64,000 nt of DNA from Candidatus Latescibacterota bacterium (GCA_965204725.1 OZ242005.1:3648001-3712000); one strand, 5' to 3'. Positions 1-9,570 are shown, numbered from the stretch's first letter. A program made the numbers and translations. Notes: generated from the letters alone by a model not told the origin.

Positions 1-33
1 CCCATTCAGACTTTGCGTTTTTGCGTTTTTCAT
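1..33 (-). CDS. 5' end of a gene running off the window (MKNAKTQSLNG...)
   Basis: ATG at 33 preceded on the minus strand by AAAGGGGG (RBS-like); frame open to the window edge. Confidence 0.4.
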   Translation of the reverse strand, partial: MKNAKTQSLNG

Positions 34-179
34 ACGCCCCCTTTCGCGGCTTTTCCGTCCATAACGCATAAAGCATTATTCCTATACAATAGAGTTAATT
101 ATACCTACAAAAAAAAGAAGTGTCAAGCATAAATTCCTCTTTGAAAACGTACCCCAAACCCCCTAGCCAAGCCGAGCCA

Positions 180-476
180 TTACTTCAGCTTCAACAGAAT
201 AGACACCAACAGCCCCCCCATAACCAAAAAGCTCCCCACCTGCACCCCAACCAACCAACGGACGAGCGAGTCAATCCGGGCGTTGGTCTCCCGAATGGCT
301 CGCTCCATACTGTCAAAACGGGCATTGGTCTCCTGCCGAAGACCAGCAATAGACCGCTCCATACTGTCAAAGCGGGAATTGGTCTGGCGACCTTGCTCGG
401 TCAACTGCTCGGCAATGCCTTCCAGCCGGCCAACTCGCCGGTCGTGGTCCTGTACTTGCACTACAGGTTCAGTCAT
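180..476 (-). CDS. Short coiled-coil protein with C-terminal TM helix (Bdr/DUF1640-like); paralog of the family at 46.6-58.8 kb
   Basis: MTE..QDHDRRVGRLEG N-terminus, ETNARFDSME repeats, RWLVGVQV hydrophobic tail; AAAGGAG RBS. Confidence 0.75.
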   Translation of the reverse strand: MTEPVVQVQDHDRRVGRLEGIAEQLTEQGRQTNSRFDSMERSIAGLRQETNARFDSMERAIRETNARIDSLVRWLVGVQVGSFLVMGGLLVSILLKLK

Positions 477-499
477 TTCGTCTCCTTTCTAGTTGGCTA

Positions 500-593
500 G
501 GTCGTGAACACGCCGTAGATACGGGATCCGTCATTCCCGCGAAAGCGGGAATCCAGCCGGGATGGACGACCACCAGAGTTTGCAGACCGCTTC
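500..593. mobile_element. MITE copy (left end missing) containing a GTCATTCCCGCGAAAGCGGGAATCC hairpin
   Basis: Closely matches part of 42105-42238 including the right end CAGACCGCTTC. Confidence 0.7.
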
Positions 594-614
594 TTAGCAG
601 ATTCAAAGGAAGGG

Positions 615-737
615 TCAACCCGGCCCATATTTCAAAATAATTCCAGCTATTACTGCGGCAATGATCGCGGCAATAACCGTCCCCCCGAGCACACCGCCAA
701 GTATCCATGCTTTAACTTTAGTAGATGTATGCTTCAC
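615..737 (-). CDS. 40-aa hydrophobic peptide or orphan C-terminal TM fragment
   Basis: GTG start 4 bp after the upstream stop; KAWILGGVLGGTVIAAIIAAVIAGIILK TM segment. Confidence 0.3.
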   Translation of the reverse strand: MKHTSTKVKAWILGGVLGGTVIAAIIAAVIAGIILKYGPG

Positions 738-741
738 GCTT

Positions 742-1737
742 TCACCCCTGCGGCGCATAAGGTTCAGCAGCCTCAGCCGCCCGGTCTTTCGGATCGATGC
801 GCTCCATTCGATAGGAAAGCCCATCCCTAAGCGTCTCAAGCACCCCATTCATCCGCGCCTGCTCCTGCTCCAGCCCCCCCAGCCGCTCTGGAAGCGTCTC
901 AAGCACCCCAGCCGTATGCGCCTGCGCTTGCTCCAGCCGCCCCAGCCGCTCCGAAAGCCCCTCCATCCTCGCATCCTGACGCTCCGAAAGCCCCTCCATC
1001 CTCGCGTCCTGACGCTCTACCAACTTGTCCATACGAGCCAAAAGCGAAGCCGAAAGCGCATCCTGACGCTCCACCAACTTGTCCATACGAGCCGAAAGCA
1101 CGTCCTGACGCTCCACCAACTCGTCCATACGAGCCGAAAGCACGTCCTGACGCTCCACCAACTCGTCCATACGAGCCGAAAGCACGTCCTGACGCTCCAC
1201 CAACTCGTCCATACGAGCCGAAAGCAAAGCCGCATGAGCGTCCATGCGCGTCAGTCCCTCCTCCAGTCGCTGGTGAAACTGCGCTGACTGCGCCTCGATC
1301 TTCTCGTCCAGCAGCACCGACTGCGCCTCGATCTTCTCGTCCAGCCGCAACGACTGCGCGTCGATCTTCTCATTTAGCTGCTGGCGAAACTCAACCGACT
1401 GCGCCTCGATCTTCTCATCTAATCGCTGGAAAAACTGACCCGATAGCGAAGCTAGTTGGTGCAACTCAGCCGAAAGCCTATCCAACTGAGCCGACTGAGA
1501 AGCTATCTTCTCATTCAACTGCAACGACTGCGCCTCGGTCTTCTCATCCAATCGCTTATCCAACCGATCCGAAAGCGAAGCCATCTCGCCCTTCATCTCG
1601 GCGCGGATCGCATCCAATTTCTTGTCCATCCGATCCCAATCGGCGCGGCTGCTCCTCCTCATAGCCAGCGTGAGGCCCGCGAACGCGATAAAAACGCCGA
1701 CCAAGGGAAGCCAGTTCATCATCATGCTACTGTCCAT
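742..1737 (-). CDS. N-terminally anchored repetitive coiled-coil protein
   Basis: GGAGGAGG RBS before ATG 1737; N-terminal TM; LDEKIEAQS, LSARMDELVERQDV and ERQDARMEGLS repeats. Confidence 0.8.
   Translation of the reverse strand: MDSSMMMNWLPLVGVFIAFAGLTLAMRRSSRADWDRMDKKLDAIRAEMKGEMASLSDRLDKRLDEKTEAQSLQLNEKIASQSAQLDRLSAELHQLASLSGQFFQRLDEKIEAQSVEFRQQLNEKIDAQSLRLDEKIEAQSVLLDEKIEAQSAQFHQRLEEGLTRMDAHAALLSARMDELVERQDVLSARMDELVERQDVLSARMDELVERQDVLSARMDKLVERQDALSASLLARMDKLVERQDARMEGLSERQDARMEGLSERLGRLEQAQAHTAGVLETLPERLGGLEQEQARMNGVLETLRDGLSYRMERIDPKDRAAEAAEPYAPQG
1001..1226. repeat. Coding 42-bp tandem repeat (14 aa LSARMDELVERQDV, about 5 units)
   Basis: cgaaagcacgtcctgacgctccaccaactcgtccatacgagc repeated head-to-tail. 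Confidence 0.9.
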
Positions 1738-1794
1738 AGAAAACGCCTCCTCCAAAGCTCCTTTGGGCAAATATCACTTACCCCCATCCCTTTG

Positions 1795-4236
1795 TCAAAC
1801 ATTCCGCGGCCTCCGCCGCAACGCCCCCCCAACCACGCCGACCACCACCACCAACCCCACCAAAACCGCCCCCCGCGACCACGCCAACACCCGCGAAAAA
1901 TAGCGAAACTCCACCTCGTGTTCGCCGGCCGGCAACGCCACCCCTTTCCATATATAGTTCACCCGCAGCATCTCAGCCTCCTGCCCATCCACCCACACCG
2001 ACCAATTCGACTGGTAGTTTTCCGACACCACCAACAAGCGCGGCCCCCCGCTGTGCGTCCGCAGGCGGATCAGCCCGCCCGCCGGATCATAAGCCAGCCG
2101 CTCAACCCGGTCGCCCGCTCGGTCGCCCGCGCCATCGAGCCGCACGGCCGGCGCACGCTCCAGCAAAGCCACGCGCTGAGGATCGGCCCGGCCGCTCAAC
2201 AGCCGCGTCAAAACCGCCTCGCCATCGGCCAACACTTCGGCCTCGGCCGCCAAGTAAAACCACGGCAAAGCCTGCGGATTTTCGTACAGACGAAAGCGCG
2301 CCCCCTCAAAGCGCAGCGGATACGCCGCCCCATTCAATGCCAGCGGCTTGGGCGCGGCCAAGTACCGGCCATTGAGCAAATTCAACAAAGACTGGAACCC
2401 CGCAGACGGCACACCCGTGCGCAAAAACTGCTGCACCAGCGGCTCAAACTCCTTCAGCATCCGGTCGTAGCGGCCCACCGTCAAATCGTGAAAGCCCGTG
2501 ACAGACCAAACGCCGTGCAAGTGATAGCCCGGTTCCTCCAGCACCCGGAAGCTAGGCAAGGGCAAAACGCGAAAGAGCGACTCATCGCTTTGCAAAAACT
2601 GCACGGTGCGCAAGTTCTCCCGCCGAATGTCGGCGTAGCGGCCCGGGTCCCGATAGTGCAAATAGACCCGATCGACGCGCCACGTGTCGAACAGGGTCAC
2701 CGCGCACAAGCCAGCCACCAGCGCGGTCGCCGAAAGCTGGCCCCACAGCCGCAGATAGAGCAAGACCACGCCCGCGCCCACCGCCAGCGCGACGCACCAG
2801 CCGCCCCGGGCGATCCAATCGTAGCTAGCGGCCAACACGGCCTGCTTTTGCGGCGCAATGTCCTCGTAAAACACGCGCACCCAAGCATCAGTCGCCCCTT
2901 GGGGAAAGAGCGCGACCAGCAGGGCGAGCGCGGCGAGGATGCCGCCGCCATAAGCCAAGCGGCCCCGCAGCAAGGCCCGCTCGCCCGCGTCAGCGTCTAA
3001 CACCTGCTGCAAGCCCAACCCCGCCAGCGCACACCCGGCAAACGCGAACACAAACGAACCCATGCCAATGGCGCGCTGCACATCCGCCCCGGGCAGCAGG
3101 TGAAACGCCAGCCAGTGGACGGGCGTGTGCTCGCCCAAGACGTAGGCCAACGCCAGCACAAACACGCCAGCCAACAGCGCCACTTGGGGGCGACGACGCC
3201 ATTCCGGCACCATCAACAGAGCCAAGAGCACGGCCAACGCGCCAAAGTACTCGGAGTTGATCTTAAACGCATTGCGGCCCCAATAGCGGGAGCCTCCCTC
3301 TACCAGCAGATCGTCGTATCCGCCGAACTCCGGGACGACCAGCGACGCCACTTCTTCGGGGTGTAGCGACCAGCTCCGCGCATACGCAAGCTGCTCCTCC
3401 GCAGTCTTGCCTCCCACCTCGTCGCCCGTGGCCCGCTTGGACTCGGAGCGGGTGTAGAGCATCACGGGAAAAGCCCCTTCGGCCCCTAAGGCCAAGCCCA
3501 GCCCCACCGCGCCGACAAAATGCACCACGCGCCGGACCAAAGCCCGCTCGCGGCGCATCTGGTACAGCTTGAATAGGCAATAGACGCCGAGGCCCAACAG
3601 GGCGAAATACGTCATCGGCGGATGGGAGTAGATACACGCGCCAATCAGCGCACCCAGCGCCGCCCAATAGATCAGCCGCCCCTGCGCCAAGGCCCGTTCC
3701 AACGCCCAGATGATCCACGGAAAAAGAGCAATAACGCCCATCTTGGCGTAGTGCCCGGCCAAGGGGAACGCCAAGAAGGTCGGCGCGGACATGAAGGCCA
3801 GCCCGCCCCACAGCGCGGCGCGACCGCCCACGTGGATTTGGCGCAAGTACGCGTACATACCCAAGCCAGCCACGAACATCGTCAGGATGTAGCGCCAGCC
3901 GATGTAGCGCTGAAAGGTGGTAAAAAAATACAGGACATAGGCCGGGAAGTACTGGGGACGAATGCCCTCAGACTGGGGAAAGCCACCCATCTTGGGGTCC
4001 CACAGCGGCTGCGCCACTGTTTCCACCTTGTCCCAGAAGCTCAGATCCGAGCCTCGGTGGTAGTCTGTGCCCACGTCCAAGCCATAGACGATCTTATCCG
4101 ACAGGGGGAACTCGTAGAAGTACAGCAGGCTCAGGGCCAGAAAAAAGACCGGAGGGAACAGGCGGTGATTCCACAGAGGCGGCCCGGCGACCTTAGCCGG
4201 TGCTTGAGGCTTGGCGCGTTTATTCTTTTTAACCAT
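1795..4236 (-). CDS. YfhO-family multi-pass membrane protein (GT-C-like glycosyltransferase)
   Basis: Many TM helices; C-terminal LVVSENYQSNW-x-V-x-VDG...GVALPAGEHEVEFRY YfhO signature. Confidence 0.85.
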   Translation of the reverse strand: MVKKNKRAKPQAPAKVAGPPLWNHRLFPPVFFLALSLLYFYEFPLSDKIVYGLDVGTDYHRGSDLSFWDKVETVAQPLWDPKMGGFPQSEGIRPQYFPAYVLYFFTTFQRYIGWRYILTMFVAGLGMYAYLRQIHVGGRAALWGGLAFMSAPTFLAFPLAGHYAKMGVIALFPWIIWALERALAQGRLIYWAALGALIGACIYSHPPMTYFALLGLGVYCLFKLYQMRRERALVRRVVHFVGAVGLGLALGAEGAFPVMLYTRSESKRATGDEVGGKTAEEQLAYARSWSLHPEEVASLVVPEFGGYDDLLVEGGSRYWGRNAFKINSEYFGALAVLLALLMVPEWRRRPQVALLAGVFVLALAYVLGEHTPVHWLAFHLLPGADVQRAIGMGSFVFAFAGCALAGLGLQQVLDADAGERALLRGRLAYGGGILAALALLVALFPQGATDAWVRVFYEDIAPQKQAVLAASYDWIARGGWCVALAVGAGVVLLYLRLWGQLSATALVAGLCAVTLFDTWRVDRVYLHYRDPGRYADIRRENLRTVQFLQSDESLFRVLPLPSFRVLEEPGYHLHGVWSVTGFHDLTVGRYDRMLKEFEPLVQQFLRTGVPSAGFQSLLNLLNGRYLAAPKPLALNGAAYPLRFEGARFRLYENPQALPWFYLAAEAEVLADGEAVLTRLLSGRADPQRVALLERAPAVRLDGAGDRAGDRVERLAYDPAGGLIRLRTHSGGPRLLVVSENYQSNWSVWVDGQEAEMLRVNYIWKGVALPAGEHEVEFRYFSRVLAWSRGAVLVGLVVVVGVVGGALRRRPRNV

Positions 4237-4264
4237 AAAATCCCTCCGCGGCGGCCTAAGATAA

Positions 4265-4366
4265 GAGGCTGTCTGAAAACCCTCTTGAGGTCATTCCCGC
4301 GAACGCGGGAATCCAGCGGGATCGTTTAGACGCAAAGGACGACCACCAGAGTTTTCAGACCGCTTC
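4265..4366. mobile_element. Complete MITE with 16-bp imperfect TIRs flanked by TAA/TAA
   Basis: TAA|GAGGCTGTCTGAAAAC...GTTTTCAGACCGCTTC|TAA with internal REP hairpin. Confidence 0.75.
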
Positions 4367-5484
4367 TAAGCCCGTTTCATTTCCTCAACAGTGCGCAAAT
4401 ACACGCTCTCCAACTCCCCAGCCAACCGATCCCAACCAAACCCCCTAGCCCACGCTCGGCCCGCCGCCCCCAAAGCCCGCCGCTTTGGGCCATCGACGAT
4501 CAGCGCACGCATCCCGGCCGCTAAGGCACCCGCATCGCTGGGGGGCACCAACACCCCGGTCTCGTCGTGGCGCACGGCGTCGCGCAGGCCGTCGATGTTA
4601 GTGCCCAGCACGGCTTTGCCGGCCGCGGCGGCTTCTACGGCCACCATGCACCAACCCTCGTAGCGGGACGGGATGCAGACCATGAGGGCGCGACGCAAGA
4701 GCGCACCTTTTTGCTCCTCTTCCACACTCCCAACAATCTCCACGCGGTCCTCCAATCCCGCTCGCCGCGCCAAATCGCGGACGCCAGCGAGCTGCTCTGG
4801 GGTGCCGCGCCCAGCCAGCTTGAGGTGAATGTCCTTATGCTCGGTGGCAATCTCGGCAAACGCGGCTACCAATAGGTCAATCCCCTTGGTGTGTATATCC
4901 ATGCGGCCAAAGTAGAGCAGGTACGGAGCTTCCTCGGGCGCGAGCGCGAAAAAGCGGCGATCGACGCCGCTGTACACCAAGTCAACCGCCGCACGGGGAG
5001 CGCGCCGCGCAATGCGCGCCTGCACACTCGGGGCAATCGTCAAGATGCGGGGCCAAGCGCGCAATGCACGCTGCTCGCACAGCCACGCCACGCCGCCCAC
5101 GAGCGGGTGTTTGGCCAGGGCGTGTAGGCCCATGAAGTGATAAAACAAAAGCAGGCCCTGTTGCCGCAGCGCGGCCGGGACGCGCAAGGGCGCGAAGGCC
5201 GAAAACTCATTGATCCACAGATCCCACTCTAGCCGCTGCAACTCGGCTACGGCCGCCCGGCAATAACCCAAGCGGCTCAGGGCATAGCTGCGGGCCGAGC
5301 CGACGCGCAACAGGCGCAGGCCGTGCTGTTCGGTTTCTGGCTCAGCCCCGGGGAAAAGGCCGCTGACGACGGTGATCTCGTGGCGGCTAGACAGGCGGCG
5401 GTACAGCTCCAATGCCCGCACCGCGCCGCCACCGCCCAACCACGGGTTGGCGATGTCGTCGTACATCAAGTGGCAGATCTTCAT
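4366..5484 (-). CDS. Glycosyltransferase family 4
   Basis: GGG N-terminal motif, KGIDLL, PSRYEGWCMVAVEAAAAG (E-x7-E). Confidence 0.92.
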   Translation of the reverse strand: MKICHLMYDDIANPWLGGGGAVRALELYRRLSSRHEITVVSGLFPGAEPETEQHGLRLLRVGSARSYALSRLGYCRAAVAELQRLEWDLWINEFSAFAPLRVPAALRQQGLLLFYHFMGLHALAKHPLVGGVAWLCEQRALRAWPRILTIAPSVQARIARRAPRAAVDLVYSGVDRRFFALAPEEAPYLLYFGRMDIHTKGIDLLVAAFAEIATEHKDIHLKLAGRGTPEQLAGVRDLARRAGLEDRVEIVGSVEEEQKGALLRRALMVCIPSRYEGWCMVAVEAAAAGKAVLGTNIDGLRDAVRHDETGVLVPPSDAGALAAGMRALIVDGPKRRALGAAGRAWARGFGWDRLAGELESVYLRTVEEMKRA

Positions 5485-5501
5485 GGGCGAGTGCTCGCGC
5501 C

Positions 5502-6098
5502 TCAGAGCACGCCCTTCGTCGAAGGGACGCCCTGAACCCGCTCGTTCCGCTGCGCGGCCATGAGCAAGGCGCGGGCGAACGCCTTAAAGAGGGCCTCAAT
5601 GCCGTGATGGGCGTTGTGACCGCGCACGAGGTCGAGGTGGAGATTCATCCGGCCTTGATCAGCCACAGCGTAGAAGAATTCGCGCACTAAGGACACATCG
5701 AGCGCACCGACCCGCTCCTCGCTAAAGGCGGCCGCAAAGGCCAGATAGGCCCGGCCCGACAAATCGACCACCGCCCTTGCGAGCGCCTCGTCCATGGGCA
5801 CGTAGCTGTGGCCATAGCGCTGGATGCCGGCTTTGTCGCCCAAGGCTTGGGCGATGGCTTGACCGAGACAGATCCCTACGTCTTCCACCGTGTGGTGGGC
5901 ATCCACGTGCAGATCGCCGCGGCATTGAATCGCTAGGTCGCACAGGCTGTGCCGGGCAAAGGCGTGGAGTATGTGATCGAAGAAGCCGAGGCCGGTGTCG
6001 GCTTGGCACTGGCCGCTGCCGTCGAGACCCAGCCGCAACTCGATTTCGGTCTCGGTCGTCTGGCGCACAATCTGCGCCGTGCGGGCCGCTGTGCTCAT
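5502..6098 (-). CDS. hisB: Imidazoleglycerol-phosphate dehydratase
   Basis: GDLHVDAHHTVED and NAHHGIEALFKA motifs. Confidence 0.97.
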   Translation of the reverse strand: MSTAARTAQIVRQTTETEIELRLGLDGSGQCQADTGLGFFDHILHAFARHSLCDLAIQCRGDLHVDAHHTVEDVGICLGQAIAQALGDKAGIQRYGHSYVPMDEALARAVVDLSGRAYLAFAAAFSEERVGALDVSLVREFFYAVADQGRMNLHLDLVRGHNAHHGIEALFKAFARALLMAAQRNERVQGVPSTKGVL

Positions 6099-7399
6099 GG
6101 TGTGGCCTGCTGTTGGCGGATGCGGACGGCTTGCGCGTGGGCCTCAAGGCCCTCGGCTCGAGCCATGCGGACGATGGGGTCGGCCGCGTGGGCCAAGCGC
6201 TCGGGGGTGTAGGCGATGATGCTCGTGGTCTTGACGAAGTCAGCCCATCCCAACGACGAGGCGTAGCGGGCCGCGCCTTGCGTGGGCAGCACGTGGTTGG
6301 TACCGGCGAAGTAATCGCCGACCGGCTCGGTCGAGGCCGCGCCGAGGAAGAGCGCACCGCAGTGGCGAATGGAATCCACCCAGCGCCAAGGGTCGGCCAC
6401 CTGCAATTCGGCGTGTTCCGGTGCGAGGCGGTTGAGTAGCTCAATCCCGACTTCTAAACTAGGCACCACGACAATCGCGCCGTATTCTTCTAGGGAACTA
6501 TTTATAATTGAATAGCGCGGGAGGGCCGCTCGTTGCGCTTCAAGCTCCTCCTGCACGCGGCGCGCTAGGGGCGCGCAATCCGTGATGCACACGACCGCTA
6601 CCCCCCAGCCGTGCTCGGCTTGCGCCAATAAGTCCGCGGCCACCCAACGCGGGTCGGCCCCTGCGTCGGCGAGCACCGCGATTTCCGACGGGCCGGGCAA
6701 CAGTGCGATACCCACCGCGCCGAAAACCTGCCGCTGCGCCGCCACCGTATAGGGGGAACCCGGGCCGACGATCTTGTGGACCGGCCGGACGCGCTCCGTG
6801 CCATAGGCGAGCGCGGCCACGGCCTGCGCCCCGCCCACGGCGTACACCTCGTCAATGCCCAACAGGTGCGCGGCTGCCGCAATGGCCGGGGCCGGCTGGC
6901 CGGGCGCTACGGGCGGCGTGACCACGCAGAGTTGGTCCACGCCAGCCACCTGCGCGGGAATGGCCGTCATCAGCAGGCTCGAAAACAGCGGCACCTCTCC
7001 GGCCGGCACACACAGGCCCACTCGCTCAATGGGCGTGATTTTCTTGCCCAGTATCACCCCGTCGCCGGCTTCGACAAACCAAGAGTTGAGCTTTTGCCGC
7101 TCGTGGAAGGCGCGGATATTAGCTGCCGCGGCGGCCATGGCGGTACGCAGGCTCGGATCGAGCGCGGCCTCGGCCTCGGCGAGCACAGACGCGGGCACCC
7201 GCACCTGCTGCGGGCTTACTTCCACGCCATCAAAGCGCTGCGTCAGCGCGCACAGCGCGGCATCGCCTTCTTCCCGCACCTGCCGCAAAATGCCCCGCAC
7301 GGCTTCTTCGATCTCGGAGTCGAGCTCGGGGCGGCGCGCCAACAAGGCGGCCAGCGGGGCGGCCAGCGGCTCGGATGGGTAGGACGCGATGGGCACCAT
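6095..7399 (-). CDS. hisD: Histidinol dehydrogenase
   Basis: KIVGPG, GPSEI, QAEH, APEH, GDYFAGTNHVLPT motifs. Confidence 0.96.
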   Translation of the reverse strand: MVPIASYPSEPLAAPLAALLARRPELDSEIEEAVRGILRQVREEGDAALCALTQRFDGVEVSPQQVRVPASVLAEAEAALDPSLRTAMAAAAANIRAFHERQKLNSWFVEAGDGVILGKKITPIERVGLCVPAGEVPLFSSLLMTAIPAQVAGVDQLCVVTPPVAPGQPAPAIAAAAHLLGIDEVYAVGGAQAVAALAYGTERVRPVHKIVGPGSPYTVAAQRQVFGAVGIALLPGPSEIAVLADAGADPRWVAADLLAQAEHGWGVAVVCITDCAPLARRVQEELEAQRAALPRYSIINSSLEEYGAIVVVPSLEVGIELLNRLAPEHAELQVADPWRWVDSIRHCGALFLGAASTEPVGDYFAGTNHVLPTQGAARYASSLGWADFVKTTSIIAYTPERLAHAADPIVRMARAEGLEAHAQAVRIRQQQATP

Positions 7400-8278
7400 T
7401 TAATACACGACCTTGTTGAGCGGGTATTCGATGATGCCTTCGGCCCCGAGCCGCTTGAGCTGGGGGATGAGCTCGCGCACCACGCGCTCGTCGGCGACGA
7501 TTTCTAGCGCGACCCACTCGTCGTCCATCTGGCTGGAGACCGTGGGGGTGTGCAGGGCCGGCAGCCGGGCGATGACGCGGTCGAGCTGGGCGCGCGGCAC
7601 GTTCATCTTGAGGCCGACCTTGTGCTCGGCTTCGAGCGCCCCCTTGAGCAGCATGAGCAAGTTCTCGGCCTTCTCCCGTTTCCAGCCATCGGCCCACGCG
7701 GCCTTGTTGGCGATCAAGCGCGGGGTCGATTCGCACACCGCATCAATGACGCGCAGCCGGTTGGCCTTGAGCGACGCGCCCGTCTCGGTCGCCTCAACTA
7801 CGGCGTCGACCAGCCCGGGAATGCCGGCCTTGACTTCGGTCGTGCCCCACGAAAACTCCACCTCGGCCTCCACGCCACGCGCTTGCAAGAAGCGGCGCGT
7901 CGCCCCGACCAGCTCGCTGGCAATGCGGCGGCCCTGCAAGTCTTCGACGCATTGGATGGGGGAATTTTCGGGCACGGCAATGACCCAGCGCAGGGGCCGC
8001 GCCGTGCTCTTGCTGTAGGTCAGTTCGCCGACTTCTACGACATCAACCTCGCTTTCGAGGATCCAGTCCCGGCCCGTCAGGCCCACATCGACGACTCCGC
8101 GCGCCACGTACTGGGCGATTTCCTGCGCCCGGAACATCAGGCCCGCGAGTTGGGGGTCGTCAATGTCGGGCACGTATGAGCGCGGCGCGAGCCGCACTCG
8201 ATAGCCGGCGCGGACAAACAGGTCAAACGTGGACTCCTTTAGGCTCCCGGACGGGAAGCCGATCTTCAGTTCCTTCAT
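7400..8278 (-). CDS. hisG: ATP phosphoribosyltransferase (long form)
   Basis: DVGLTGRDW, SWGTTE, ETGASLKANRL, C-terminal regulatory domain. Confidence 0.96.
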   Translation of the reverse strand: MKELKIGFPSGSLKESTFDLFVRAGYRVRLAPRSYVPDIDDPQLAGLMFRAQEIAQYVARGVVDVGLTGRDWILESEVDVVEVGELTYSKSTARPLRWVIAVPENSPIQCVEDLQGRRIASELVGATRRFLQARGVEAEVEFSWGTTEVKAGIPGLVDAVVEATETGASLKANRLRVIDAVCESTPRLIANKAAWADGWKREKAENLLMLLKGALEAEHKVGLKMNVPRAQLDRVIARLPALHTPTVSSQMDDEWVALEIVADERVVRELIPQLKRLGAEGIIEYPLNKVVY

Positions 8279-8292
8279 CTCGATCCTACGGC

Positions 8293-9243
8293 TTAGTTCA
8301 TCGCATCGGCGACTTGGGGACTTAGCTTGTACAAAGCCGGCCGCACTGCGATCCGGTCTTTTTCTGTGCCCTCCCTCATCAGCCGCTGCAAGTGCGGCAC
8401 GGCGCGCTCATCGCCCACCTCAGCGAGGGCATGCACGGCCTTGCTGCGGATGCTTTGCAATTCGTCGGCATCGAGGGCGCCCAACAGAGCTTCGTAGATG
8501 GCGTTGCGGTCGGACCGGCCGAGCGAGGCCCGACCCATCTGGCCGAGGGCCTGCACGGCCACGTAGCGCACCTCATCCGCGGGATCCAGTGCCATGCGAA
8601 TGACTTCTTCCACCGAGTCGCGGTATCCATAGACGCGCAGGCTCTGCAAGGCGGCGATCCGCCACTTGGGCTTGGGGGCGCGCAAGGCCCGGCGCACCAC
8701 GCGGAAGGCCGAGTCGCTCAAGGCCGGCTCAGCCTCGTACGAATGGCACGAACCGAGCGCACCGAGCACGTATTGGCGCACTTCCGCCGCGGGGTCGCGC
8801 ACGTATTTGAGCAACGAGGGGAGCGCGGTGGGCGAGCCGATCTGGCCCAACGCCCATGCGGCCGCCGCGGCCACGCGCGGCGACCGGTCGCCCAAGGCTG
8901 CGATCAAGGTCGGCACGGCGCGCTCGTCCTTAAAGCGGCCCAACAGGTGTACCACCTCAAACCGCATGCGGATGTAGCCGGAGTCGGCCTCCTCGATCAA
9001 CAGGGGGACGACCTCGTCGGCGTCGAAGCGGATGAGTTGGTTGGCGGCTTTGGTGCGTTCGGCTTTTTGCTGGCTTTTGAGCCGGTGAATGTACTCTTCT
9101 GGCGAGCGGCCCCCACACGCGATGTTCAAGCCCGCGCCCAGGAGCAAGGCCCAAAGGACAAGTCGCGGGCTGCCAAATTTTTGCTTCCTAAAAAAAGGGC
9201 TGACCATGTCGCTAAGATAAGGGCCGACCATAACATCGTCCAC
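8293..9243 (-). CDS. HEAT/PBS-lyase repeat protein, probably exported or lipoprotein (start may be downstream)
   Basis: Repeated VR..A..ALG.IG...A.P.L motifs; hydrophobic N-terminus ending NIAC. Confidence 0.8.
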   Translation of the reverse strand: MDDVMVGPYLSDMVSPFFRKQKFGSPRLVLWALLLGAGLNIACGGRSPEEYIHRLKSQQKAERTKAANQLIRFDADEVVPLLIEEADSGYIRMRFEVVHLLGRFKDERAVPTLIAALGDRSPRVAAAAAWALGQIGSPTALPSLLKYVRDPAAEVRQYVLGALGSCHSYEAEPALSDSAFRVVRRALRAPKPKWRIAALQSLRVYGYRDSVEEVIRMALDPADEVRYVAVQALGQMGRASLGRSDRNAIYEALLGALDADELQSIRSKAVHALAEVGDERAVPHLQRLMREGTEKDRIAVRPALYKLSPQVADAMN

Positions 9244-9261
9244 TATACCCGTTGCCCGTTT

Positions 9262-9290
9262 TTGACAATCCTCCTAGGGACTTTTATACT
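9262..9290 (+). promoter_or_regulatory. Sigma70-type promoter for the selW-TPR-rdgB-ABC operon
   Basis: TTGACA-N17-TATACT. Confidence 0.7.
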
Positions 9291-9321
9291 TTTTCCAGCC
9301 CTATTCCACAGGAGGTTTCCC

Positions 9322-9555
9322 GTGAACCTAAAACTCGTTTACTGCTCTGCTTGAGGCTACGAAAATAGAGCCGCCAGTTTGGCGGAACAGCTACTCGTCG
9401 CCTACAAAACAGACATCGCCGCCTTCTCGCTAGTCCCCTCAGACCGAGGGCGGTTTGAGCTCACCCTCGATGGCGAGCTAATTTTTTCCAAGCTCCAAGA
9501 AGGCCGCTTTCCCGACTACGGCGAAGTCGAAGCCCGGCTCGCCGCCCGCCGCTAA
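9322..9555 (+). CDS. Rdx/SelW-family selenoprotein, 77 aa, Sec encoded by UGA at 9352-9354 (absent from ORF track)
   Basis: AGGAGG RBS, GTG start; YCSA-UGA-GY...GRFELTLDGELIFSKLQEGRFPD Rdx signature continues in frame past the TGA. Confidence 0.92.
9371..9385 (+). promoter_or_regulatory. Putative bacterial SECIS hairpin
   Basis: CCGCCA-GTT-TGGCGG stem-loop with G-initiated loop 22 nt after the UGA. Confidence 0.7.
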
Positions 9556-9570
9556 AGAGGAGATTCCACT

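Noticed and set aside
1001-1226. CRISPR array
   Set aside because: Head-to-tail 42-bp coding repeats with no unique spacers and no cas genes
1456-3000. Long antisense/alternate-frame ORFs (also 39919-41607, 8392-9354, 22430-23137)
   Set aside because: Shadow ORFs of high-GC genes with no recognisable motifs; only the last 10 codons of 8392-9354 are real (SelW start)
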